Source: Eubacteriales bacterium
GTDB lineage: Bacteria; Bacillota; Clostridia; Oscillospirales; CAG-382
Assembly (NCBI GenBank): GCA_045538555.1
Contig: JAZSRP010000036.1
Location: forward strand, 1,664 to 65,663
Reading direction: 5' to 3'
DNA: 64,000 bases
Shown: positions 19,760-27,884 of the stretch, piece after piece
Layout: each line of letters begins with the position of its first letter
How positions within the stretch are numbered: position 1 is the stretch's first letter
Translations under genes and position numbers: made by a program
Notes under the pieces: model-generated
Seen by the model: the letters and a program-made list of their open reading frames with translations, nothing else
What the model was told of the DNA's origin: nothing
The model's database searches: none

Positions 19760-20092
19760 TTAAAGTGATTCGCCGCATTTTACGCATACACGGCTTCTCT
19801 CGCCGTCTGCGTTGCGTACTCTCTTGTATCTGCGGCCTGCCTGACATTTGGGGCAGTAAAGCATTACCTTGCTTGCATAGATAGCGCCCTCGGTCTTGAT
19901 GATGCCGCCGGCCTCTCCCTGCTTTCTGGGTTTTACGTGCTTGGATACGATGTGAACGCCCTCGACGATTACCTTGCCCTCCTCGGGAGATACGCCGATG
20001 ACCTTGCCTACGGTCTTTTCTTTGCCGTTGGCATATTTGCCGGAAATTACCACGACGGTATCGCCGGTCTTTACATGCATTTTATTACTCAT
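19760..20092 (-). CDS. rplX: 50S ribosomal protein L24
   Basis: HVKTGDTVVVISGK KOW motif, GGIIKTEGAIYASKV. Confidence 0.97.
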   Translation of the reverse strand: MSNKMHVKTGDTVVVISGKYANGKEKTVGKVIGVSPEEGKVIVEGVHIVSKHVKPRKQGEAGGIIKTEGAIYASKVMLYCPKCQAGRRYKRVRNADGERSRVCVKCGESL

Positions 20093-20106
20093 TTTGCACT
20101 GCCTCC

Positions 20107-20475
20107 TCATACAACTTCGGGTGCAAGGGAGAGTATTTTCATATATCCCTTTTCACGAAGTTCCTTGGCAACCGGTCCAAAAATACGGGTTCCCTTGGGC
20201 TCCTTGTCGTCCTGAATCAACACTGCTGCGTTGTCATCAAAGCGGACGTAGGATCCGTCGCTTCTTCTGGTGGGTTGAACAGTTCTGACGACGACTGCTT
20301 TTACAACGTCGCCTTTTTTTGCTACTCCGCCGGGTGCTGCTTTTTTTACGGAGCATACGATGATATCGCCAACTCCTGCATAGCGCCTGCCGGTGCCGCC
20401 AAGTACTCGGATGCACAACAGTTCTTTTGCGCCGGTATTGTCAGCCACCTTGAGGCGAGACTCTTGCTGTAACAT
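20107..20475 (-). CDS. rplN: 50S ribosomal protein L14
   Basis: [23 protein letters not shown]. Confidence 0.99.
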   Translation of the reverse strand: MLQQESRLKVADNTGAKELLCIRVLGGTGRRYAGVGDIIVCSVKKAAPGGVAKKGDVVKAVVVRTVQPTRRSDGSYVRFDDNAAVLIQDDKEPKGTRIFGPVAKELREKGYMKILSLAPEVV

Positions 20476-20489
20476 TGTGTACCTCCTGA

Positions 20490-20747
20490 TTACTTAGCTT
20501 TCTCGATAATTTCTACGAGACGCCATCTCTTGTCTTTGGAAAGGGGACGGGTTTCCATAATAAGCACTTTGTCGCCTACACCGCACTGGTTGTTCTCGTC
20601 ATGTGCCTTGAAACGTACCGTTCTCTTGATGATCTTTTTATAAAGAGGATGTCTCACGTTATCGCGGATTGCGACAACGATGGTCTTGTCCATTTTATCG
20701 GAGACGACTGTGCCGACTCTTGTTTTTCTGAGTGCTCTTTCTTCCAT
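20490..20747 (-). CDS. rpsQ: 30S ribosomal protein S17
   Basis: [23 protein letters not shown]. Confidence 0.99.
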   Translation of the reverse strand: MEERALRKTRVGTVVSDKMDKTIVVAIRDNVRHPLYKKIIKRTVRFKAHDENNQCGVGDKVLIMETRPLSKDKRWRLVEIIEKAK

Positions 20748-20764
20748 CGTTCGTTACTCCTCTC

Positions 20765-20965
20765 TTATGCCTTTTCAGCGAGTTCTTTTTCCCTGAGAAC
20801 GCTGAGGAGACGTGCGATGGTCTTTTTGGTCTCAACGATCTTCATGGGGTTGTCAAGCTGGTTGATAGAATGCTGAAAACGAAGGTTGAAGAGCTCTTCC
20901 TTCTTCTCTGCAATGTTCTTTTGCAGTTCGGAAACAGACAATCCTCTGATCTCTTTGATATTCAT
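20765..20965 (-). CDS. rpmC: 50S ribosomal protein L29
   Basis: [15 protein letters not shown]; position in the S10 operon. Confidence 0.97.
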   Translation of the reverse strand: MNIKEIRGLSVSELQKNIAEKKEELFNLRFQHSINQLDNPMKIVETKKTIARLLSVLREKELAEKA

Positions 20966-20977
20966 TATTCTACCTCC

Positions 20978-21397
20978 TTACTTCTCAAGATCTGCCTTGG
21001 TGGCAAACTTGCACTTGAGGGGAAGCTTGTGGGATGCAAGACGCATTGCTTCACGCGCCTCTGCCTCGGACACACCGTCCATCTCAAACATAACTCTGCC
21101 GGGCTTGACTACTGCTACCCAGTACTCGGGTGAACCTTTACCGGAACCCATACGTGTCTCAGCAGGTTTTTCGGTAACGGGCTTGTCGGGGAAAATCTTG
21201 ATCCAGACCTTGCCGCCTCTCTTGACGTAACGGGTCATTGCAATACGAGCTGCCTCGATCTGGTTGCTGGTAACCCATGCGGGCTCCGTTGCTACGAGTC
21301 CAAATGTGCCGTAGGTGACCTTGTTGCCTCTGTAAGCCTTGCCGGTCATTCTGCCTCTGTGGACACGTCTGTATTTCACTCTTTTGGGCATCAACAT
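20978..21397 (-). CDS. rplP: 50S ribosomal protein L16
   Basis: [21 protein letters not shown]. Confidence 0.99.
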   Translation of the reverse strand: MLMPKRVKYRRVHRGRMTGKAYRGNKVTYGTFGLVATEPAWVTSNQIEAARIAMTRYVKRGGKVWIKIFPDKPVTEKPAETRMGSGKGSPEYWVAVVKPGRVMFEMDGVSEAEAREAMRLASHKLPLKCKFATKADLEK

Positions 21398-21398
21398 G

Positions 21399-22079
21399 TT
21401 AACGTCTACCTCCTTCACGGGATGCGGAGCGCTTCACCTCAGGAAGTACCTCACCCTTGTAGATCCACACCTTGATGCCGATCTTTCCGTAGGTGGTGTT
21501 TGCCTCCCAGAAGCCGTAATCAATGTCAGCTCTGAGAGTCTGAAGAGGAATGGTGCCCTCGTGATAGTGCTCGCTTCTTGCGATCTCAGCGCCGCCAAGA
21601 CGGCCGGAAACCTTGATCTTGATACCTTTTGCGCCAAGCTTCATGGTCCTGTTGATGGACTGTTTCATTGCACGGCGGAAGGAAATTCTCTTTTCAAGCT
21701 GTGCTGCGATGTTCTCGGCAACCAGCTGTGCATTGAGGTCGGGCTGTCTGATCTCAACAACCTTTACGTCAACGCTTACGTTTGCAGGAGTCTTGAGGAA
21801 ATCCGCAACTACCTTTTTGAGCTTTTCGATCTCTGCACCGCCCTTGCCGATGATCATGCCGGGCTTTGCGCAGTGTACGATAACTCTTACACGGCTGTTG
21901 TCTCTCTCGATCTCGATGGTGGGAACGCCTGCTGCCATGAGTCTCTCTTTGAGAAACTCTCTCAGGTTATAATCGGAGACGATGATATCGCCAAAGGTCT
22001 CATCCTTGGAATACCAACGGGAGCTCCAATCCTTGATAACGCCTACACGAAGTCCGTGAGGATTAACTTTCTGTCCCAT
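21399..22079 (-). CDS. rpsC: 30S ribosomal protein S3
   Basis: [32 protein letters not shown]. Confidence 0.99.
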   Translation of the reverse strand: MGQKVNPHGLRVGVIKDWSSRWYSKDETFGDIIVSDYNLREFLKERLMAAGVPTIEIERDNSRVRVIVHCAKPGMIIGKGGAEIEKLKKVVADFLKTPANVSVDVKVVEIRQPDLNAQLVAENIAAQLEKRISFRRAMKQSINRTMKLGAKGIKIKVSGRLGGAEIARSEHYHEGTIPLQTLRADIDYGFWEANTTYGKIGIKVWIYKGEVLPEVKRSASREGGRR

Positions 22080-22081
22080 TA

Positions 22082-22435
22082 TTACGCCTCCTTCTCTTTG
22101 AGTACGATAGTTACATGTGAGGTTCTCTTGAGAACGCGGAACGCTCTGCCCTGTGCGCGGGGACGAACTCTCTTCATGTTTTTGAGAATGCCGGGAGTGA
22201 CGAAGCACTCTGCGACATACAGCTTCTCGGTATCCATTCCGTAGTTGTGGTCTGCGTTTGCGACAGCGGATTTGAGAAGCTTTGCAATATCCTCACATAC
22301 CAGTTTGTTGGTGGTCTTGAGGATCGCCATTGCTGTTGCAGCATCTTTGCCTCTGATGAGGTCGAGCACGATCTTTACTTTTCTGGGGGTGACCCGGAGC
22401 TGCTTGAGATATGCTCTTGATTCTCTATTTTCCAC
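22082..22435 (-). CDS. rplV: 50S ribosomal protein L22
   Basis: [30 protein letters not shown] start behind an AAAGGAG RBS. Confidence 0.97.
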   Translation of the reverse strand: MENRESRAYLKQLRVTPRKVKIVLDLIRGKDAATAMAILKTTNKLVCEDIAKLLKSAVANADHNYGMDTEKLYVAECFVTPGILKNMKRVRPRAQGRAFRVLKRTSHVTIVLKEKEA

Positions 22436-22458
22436 AGTTTTGTCTCCTTTCAACCCCA

Positions 22459-22734
22459 TTACTTAACCGAAGTCTTGGATCCGGAGTGGCCCTTGTAGGT
22501 TCTGGTAGGAGCAAACTCACCGAGTTTGTGTCCAACCATATCCTCAACCACATACACGGGAACGTGTTTTCTGCCGTCGTGAACCGCAATCGTATGTCCG
22601 ACAAACTCGGGGAAGATCGTGGAAGCACGGGACCAGGTCTTGATAACTCTTTTTTCGCCTTTTGCGTTCATATCGCAAACTCTTGCGTAGAGCTTGGCTT
22701 CAACAAAAGGGCCTTTTTTAACGCTTCTGCTCAC
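22459..22734 (-). CDS. rpsS: 30S ribosomal protein S19
   Basis: [24 protein letters not shown]. Confidence 0.99.
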   Translation of the reverse strand: MSRSVKKGPFVEAKLYARVCDMNAKGEKRVIKTWSRASTIFPEFVGHTIAVHDGRKHVPVYVVEDMVGHKLGEFAPTRTYKGHSGSKTSVK

Positions 22735-22749
22735 TGTTTATTCCTCCTC

Positions 22750-23583
22750 TTATCTGTCATTCTTTCTCTTTACGATAAACTTGTTGGTACGCGCCTTCTT
22801 GTTTCTCGTCTTATAGCCGAGAGTGGGCTTGCCCCAAGGAGTAACAGGAGTGGGACGACCGATGGGAGAGCGGCCCTCACCACCACCGTGGGGGTGATCG
22901 CAGGGGTTCATAACAGAACCGCGAACTGTGGGACGCTTGCCAAGGTGCCTGCTCTTACCTGCTTTACCAAGCTTTACGTTCTCGTGCTCGAGATTGCCTA
23001 CCTGGCCGATGGTTGCTCTGCAATCGAGGCGGATAAGGCGAACCTCACCTGAGGGGAGGCGAACCTGTGCCATGCCGTTCTCTTTTGCCATAAGCTGTGC
23101 CTGTGCGCCTGCGGAACGAACCAGCTGAGCGCCTCTGCCGGGATAAAGCTCGATAGCGTGGATAAAGGTACCAACGGGGATCTGTGCGATGGGAAGCACG
23201 TTGCCGGCCTTGATGTCGGCGTGCTCGCCGCTGTAAAGAAGGGTGCCAACGGTCACTCCGTCGGGAGCAACTGCGTAGCTCTTCTTGCCATTCTCATCCT
23301 CAAGGAGCATGATGTATGCGGTACGGTTGGGATCGTACTCGATTGCAACAACCTTGCTTGCAGCATCCTTGTATGCTCTCTTGAAATCGATGATTCTGTA
23401 TTTCTTTTTGTTGCCGCCGCCATGGTGACGAACGGTGATTCTGCCCGTGTTGTTACGGCCTGCGTTCTTTTTCAGAATGGTTACCAGAGACTTCTCAGGA
23501 GTCTTTTTGGTAATCTCTGCAAAAGAGGGGGTGGCCATGTTTCTGCGGGAGGGAGTAGTGGGTTTGTATGTCTTAACTGCCAT
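22750..23583 (-). CDS. rplB: 50S ribosomal protein L2
   Basis: [28 protein letters not shown]. Confidence 0.99.
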   Translation of the reverse strand: MAVKTYKPTTPSRRNMATPSFAEITKKTPEKSLVTILKKNAGRNNTGRITVRHHGGGNKKKYRIIDFKRAYKDAASKVVAIEYDPNRTAYIMLLEDENGKKSYAVAPDGVTVGTLLYSGEHADIKAGNVLPIAQIPVGTFIHAIELYPGRGAQLVRSAGAQAQLMAKENGMAQVRLPSGEVRLIRLDCRATIGQVGNLEHENVKLGKAGKSRHLGKRPTVRGSVMNPCDHPHGGGEGRSPIGRPTPVTPWGKPTLGYKTRNKKARTNKFIVKRKNDR

Positions 23584-23602
23584 TTCTACTGACTCCTTTC
23601 GG

Positions 23603-23896
23603 TTACATCAAGCTATCGAAGAACTCGATGGTCTTGGAATCGGCAGTGAGCTTGACGATCGCTTTTTTCCAAGCGCTGGTCTTGCCTACGTGATAGCCGA
23701 CTCTTTTGGTCTTTCTCTTCATGTTGATGGTGGTAACTCTCTCTACCTCAACACCAAAGATCTCTTCGACTGCTGCTTTGATCTCGATCTTGTTTGCGTC
23801 GCAGGGAACTCTGAAAGTGTACTTTCTGTCCTGCATATTTTTGATGGAGGCCTCGGTGATTACGGGCTTTCTGATAACGTCATAAACCGATTTCAT
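23603..23896 (-). CDS. rplW: 50S ribosomal protein L23
   Basis: [22 protein letters not shown]. Confidence 0.98.
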   Translation of the reverse strand: MKSVYDVIRKPVITEASIKNMQDRKYTFRVPCDANKIEIKAAVEEIFGVEVERVTTINMKRKTKRVGYHVGKTSAWKKAIVKLTADSKTIEFFDSLM

Positions 23897-24519
23897 TATG
23901 CATATACCTCCTCAATCTTTGCCAGAGCATCCTTGGCAATGACAAGTTTGTCATGGTTGAGGATGTCATAAACGTTGATGGTGTTGACGGGCGCTGTTGC
24001 CACGCCGGGAATATTTCTTGCAGAGCCGACAACAAATTTGTCAACCTCGGGAAGAACGATGAGTGCCTTTTTCTCAACATTGAGAGCTTTGAGGAATGCA
24101 ACTGCGTTCTTTGTCTTGTAACTGTCAAGTGCGATATTGTCAACGACAATCAATTCACCTGCTTCAACCTTGGACGTAAGAACGGAGAACAGCGCGATTC
24201 TCTTGAGCTTTTTGTTGATGCTGATCCTGTAGGATCTGGGCTTGGGACCAAGAGCGATACCGCCGTGTGTCCACTGAGGAGAACGTGTGGAGCCCTGTCT
24301 TGCTCTGCCGGTGCCTTTTTGTCTCCAGGGCTTCTTGCCGCCGCCGGAAACCTCGCTTCTGGTAAGAGTGGACTGGGTGCCCTGACGCTGATTGAGAAGA
24401 TACGCTCTGACTACCGAGTGAACGGCAGAAGTGTTGATCTCAGCAGCAAATATTTTGTCGGAAAGTGCGACCTCGCCGCATACCTTTCCCTGCATGTTGT
24501 ATACACTTACTGTAGGCAT
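23896..24519 (-). CDS. rplD: 50S ribosomal protein L4
   Basis: [20 protein letters not shown]. Confidence 0.99.
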   Translation of the reverse strand: MPTVSVYNMQGKVCGEVALSDKIFAAEINTSAVHSVVRAYLLNQRQGTQSTLTRSEVSGGGKKPWRQKGTGRARQGSTRSPQWTHGGIALGPKPRSYRISINKKLKRIALFSVLTSKVEAGELIVVDNIALDSYKTKNAVAFLKALNVEKKALIVLPEVDKFVVGSARNIPGVATAPVNTINVYDILNHDKLVIAKDALAKIEEVYA

Positions 24520-24538
24520 TTATATTTCCTCCTTCCGC

Positions 24539-25168
24539 TTATTTCACAGTGCTGCGGAGGTAAACGATACCGCCTCTTGCGCCGGGAACCGCACCCTTGA
24601 CAGCAATCAGATTGTTGTCAGCGTCGATCTTGACGATTTCGAGGTTGAGCATCGTAACCTGCTCGTTACCGTACTGACCAGCCATCTTCTTGTTTTTGAA
24701 GATTCTGGAAGGGTCACTGTTTGCACCCATGGAGCCGGCCTGGCGATGCACAGGGCCTGTACCGTGGGACATTCTGAGTCTGTGGCAACCCCATCTCTTG
24801 ATAACACCGGAGAAGCCGTGGCCCTTGGTGATACCTGTGATATCAACCTTCTCGCCCTCAGCAAAGGTGTCAGCCGTGATGATATCGCCTACGTTGAGCT
24901 CGGACGAATTGTCAAGACGGAATTCTTTGAGATACTTTTTGAAAGCCACCTGCGCTTTTGCAAAGGCGCCTTTCTGAGGTTTGTTGAGTTTTCTTTCCTC
25001 AATGTCGGAGAAACCGAGCTGAACTGCCTCGTAGCCGTTCTTTTCAAGAGTTCTCTTCTGAACTACAACACAGGGACCTGCGTTGATGACAGTAACCGGA
25101 ACAACCTTGCCCTTTTCGTCAAAAAGCTGTGTCATGCCGATCTTTCTGCCGATGATGCCTTTTTTCAT
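24539..25168 (-). CDS. rplC: 50S ribosomal protein L3
   Basis: [25 protein letters not shown]. Confidence 0.99.
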   Translation of the reverse strand: MKKGIIGRKIGMTQLFDEKGKVVPVTVINAGPCVVVQKRTLEKNGYEAVQLGFSDIEERKLNKPQKGAFAKAQVAFKKYLKEFRLDNSSELNVGDIITADTFAEGEKVDITGITKGHGFSGVIKRWGCHRLRMSHGTGPVHRQAGSMGANSDPSRIFKNKKMAGQYGNEQVTMLNLEIVKIDADNNLIAVKGAVPGARGGIVYLRSTVK

Positions 25169-25238
25169 TTTTATCCTCCTTAAGGTTATTGGTTGAACGC
25201 AATGCACGCTCAACGTGACCTTTTATTGACTGGTTGGT

Positions 25239-25550
25239 TTAGAGCTCAACGTTGAAATCAACGCCGGCGGGAAGATCTGTGCTCATAAGCGCCTCGACAC
25301 ACGCCTTTGAGGGCTTGATGATGTCGATGAGACGCTTGTGGGTACGATACTCAAACTGCTCACGGCTGTCCTTGTATTTATGAACAGCACGGAGAATGGT
25401 GATGATCTCTTTGTCGGTAGGAAGAGGAATGGGGCCGGAAACGGTTGCGCCGTTTCTCTTTGCGGTCTCAACGATCTTCTCTGCCGCTTTGTCGATCAAT
25501 GTGTGATCGTAGGATTTGAGTCTGATTCTGATTTTTTCTTTCTTTGCCAT
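25239..25550 (-). CDS. rpsJ: 30S ribosomal protein S10
   Basis: [34 protein letters not shown]. Confidence 0.99.
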   Translation of the reverse strand: MAKKEKIRIRLKSYDHTLIDKAAEKIVETAKRNGATVSGPIPLPTDKEIITILRAVHKYKDSREQFEYRTHKRLIDIIKPSKACVEALMSTDLPAGVDFNVEL

Positions 25551-25584
25551 GGTTCTTTGCCTCCAAATATAATATAATGAAATA

Positions 25585-25728
25585 ATTTGACGGCAGTTCT
25601 GCGAACACCCTGCCGGGCGTTTTGGATAACACCCTTAAAAAATGCTCGCACCCTGCGCCCGATTGTCGGACATACTCTGCCGTAGTTACCTGCCTTTTTT
25701 GGCAGCAATCTACCGCTTCATCGCACAC
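25585..25728 (-). ncRNA. Structured rpsJ (S10) leader RNA, probable ribosomal-protein autoregulatory element
   Basis: ~180-nt 5'UTR beginning GCGATGAAGCGGTAGATTGCTG...AGAGTATGTCC. As I recall it resembles Firmicute rpsJ leaders. Hairpins include CTGCC/GGCAG and CGGCAG/CTGCCG. Confidence 0.65.
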
Positions 25729-25739
25729 CAAGCTTGGTT

Positions 25740-25768
25740 ATTGTATCACATCAACAAATTTATTGCAA
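25740..25768 (-). promoter_or_regulatory. Sigma-A promoter of the S10 operon
   Basis: TTGCAA-17nt-TACAAT with TG extended -10. Confidence 0.75.
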
Positions 25769-25852
25769 TATATTTGGGCAAAATTCCTTATAGTTCAAAT
25801 GTAAAATAAATATGAACAATCAGAAAATAGTTGTTCATAATTAAAAAAGGGA

Positions 25853-25880
25853 TTTACTTCCTGTAGAATTTGTTTATAAT
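25853..25880 (+). promoter_or_regulatory. Putative sigma-A promoter of the TSCPD-pgm-mannosidase operon
   Basis: TTTACT-16nt-TATAAT. Confidence 0.5.
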
Positions 25881-25915
25881 GGTCTTATATATAAATAAAA
25901 AGGAAGTAATTGGTT

Positions 25916-26170
25916 ATGAGAGAAACACACAGAAATCGCGGAACTTGCTCCCGCAGCGTCTCTTTTGACATTGACGACCAGTATATTGTCACCAATGTTT
26001 CGTTTGAGGGCGGCTGTAACGGAAATCTCAAAGGCATCTCAGCTCTTTGCGAAGGGATGAAAGCAGAGGACGTGATTCGACGTTGCAAAGGCATCTGCTG
26101 CGGTATGAAGGGCACATCCTGTCCCGATCAGCTCGCACAAGCACTTGAGGAGGTATTGGACAATGAATAA
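25916..26170 (+). CDS. Stand-alone TSCPD domain protein (TIGR03905-like, Cys-rich)
   Basis: GTCS...FEGGCNGNLKGI...GICCGMKGTSCPDQLA. Confidence 0.9.
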   Translation: MRETHRNRGTCSRSVSFDIDDQYIVTNVSFEGGCNGNLKGISALCEGMKAEDVIRRCKGICCGMKGTSCPDQLAQALEEVLDNE

Positions 26171-27884
26171 AGATTTTTTGAAATGGTATTCCTACGACGG
26201 ACTCGACGCTGAGTCAAAAGCTGTTCTTGAAAGCATCAAAAACGACGAAAACGCCATCGCTGAACGCTTTGCCGTTCCTATGAATTTTGGCACCGCCGGT
26301 CTGAGAAGCACAATGGACGTGGGGATTTCCCGCATGAACGTATATACAGTAGGTGTCACCACCCAAGGACTGGCAGAGCTGGTGCTCCAGGCAAACGGAG
26401 CAGAAAGAGGTGTTGCAGTCTGCTTTGACAGCCGCAACAACTCTCAGCTTTTTGCACACACTGCCGCATCGGTACTTGCCGCCAACGGCATCAAGGTATA
26501 CCTTTTTGACGGTATTCGTCCCACACCCGAGCTTTCTTTTGCCATCCTTCACTACGGATGCATTGCAGGCATCAACGTTACCGCTTCTCACAACCCCAAG
26601 GAATACAACGGATACAAGGTATACTGGGAGGACGGCGCACAGCTTCCCCCGGAGCACGCAAGCATTGTTTCCGCCAAAGCGGCAGAAACAGACATTTTTG
26701 AAGGAGTGAAAAAGACCGACCTTAACGCAGCCATCCAAAGCGGCATGGTTCAAATCATCGGAAAAGAAACCGACGAGGCGTTTTTGGATGCGGTGCTCAA
26801 CTGTCGTCTTGCTTCCGAAAAATGCGCAGAATACGGGAACAAATTGGGGATCGTATACACAGCACTTCACGGAACCGGATACAAGCTGGTGCCCGAAGCA
26901 TTGAGCAGATGCGGGATCTCAAATCTGGTTACTATTGACAGCCAGATGATTCCTGACGGCAACTTCCCCACCGTGGCCTCGCCCAACCCCGAAAACATCG
27001 AGTGCTTTGACGAAGCTGTAAAATTTGTCAACAGCAACAACGTGGATTGCTCCATGATTCTTGCTACAGACCCCGACGCTGACCGCGTAGGTCTTGCAGT
27101 CAGAGACGAAAACGGTCAGTTTGTTGCCCTCAACGGCAACCAGATCGGAGCATTGCTGGCAGAGCATATTATTTCTGCCAGAAAATCAAAGGGCATCCTT
27201 CCCGCCAACGCCTGCGCTATCAAATCCATCGTTTCCTCCAACCTTTTTGACGCAATCTGCGAAAAAGAGGGGGTGGAGCACATCAGCGTGCTCACAGGAT
27301 TCAAATACATCGGCGAAAAGATCAAGCAGTGGAAGGCAGACGGAAGCCACACCTTTATTTTTGGTTACGAAGAGAGTCAGGGCTACCTTTCCGACGGATA
27401 TGCCCGTGACAAGGACGCCGTAGGCGCCTGTGTTTTGCTGGCAGAGATGGCATGCAGACATTATGCCGAGGGCAGAACCGTCTACGAGGCGTTGCAAGAC
27501 ATCTACGCAAGATACGGATTCTATACAGAAAAAGTGGTCAACATCAAGATCACCGGCATCGACCCCATGAAAACCATGGGAGAAAAAATGTCCGACCTGC
27601 GGCAAAAGGGCATCTCCTCCTTTGCCGGAGTTGACGTGATCGCTACAAGAGATTTTAAATCCGGAATCATCACCCGCGCAGACGGCACTACCGATGAGAC
27701 CGGGCTGCCCTCCAGTGATATGCTTTACTATGATCTTTGCGACGGATCCGCTGTTATCATCCGCCCGTCAGGCACAGAGCCCAAGATCAAGGCATACATA
27801 CTCACCATTGGCGAAACAAAAGCCGAGTCCACCGAAAAGGCAACAACTTTTGCTAAAGCAAGTGAAAAACTTCTTATAGGGTGA
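26163..27884 (+). CDS. pgm: Phospho-sugar mutase (phosphoglucomutase/phosphomannomutase)
   Basis: FGTAGLR, TASHNP (phosphoserine), DPDADR, FGYEES, RPSGTEPKIK. Confidence 0.92.
   Translation: MNKDFLKWYSYDGLDAESKAVLESIKNDENAIAERFAVPMNFGTAGLRSTMDVGISRMNVYTVGVTTQGLAELVLQANGAERGVAVCFDSRNNSQLFAHTAASVLAANGIKVYLFDGIRPTPELSFAILHYGCIAGINVTASHNPKEYNGYKVYWEDGAQLPPEHASIVSAKAAETDIFEGVKKTDLNAAIQSGMVQIIGKETDEAFLDAVLNCRLASEKCAEYGNKLGIVYTALHGTGYKLVPEALSRCGISNLVTIDSQMIPDGNFPTVASPNPENIECFDEAVKFVNSNNVDCSMILATDPDADRVGLAVRDENGQFVALNGNQIGALLAEHIISARKSKGILPANACAIKSIVSSNLFDAICEKEGVEHISVLTGFKYIGEKIKQWKADGSHTFIFGYEESQGYLSDGYARDKDAVGACVLLAEMACRHYAEGRTVYEALQDIYARYGFYTEKVVNIKITGIDPMKTMGEKMSDLRQKGISSFAGVDVIATRDFKSGIITRADGTTDETGLPSSDMLYYDLCDGSAVIIRPSGTEPKIKAYILTIGETKAESTEKATTFAKASEKLLIG

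Noticed and set aside
10420-25577. Many 100-300 aa plus-strand ORFs across the ribosomal operon (e.g. 21339-22244, 24431-25183)
   Set aside because: Antisense shadows of highly expressed genes with no recognisable protein features.
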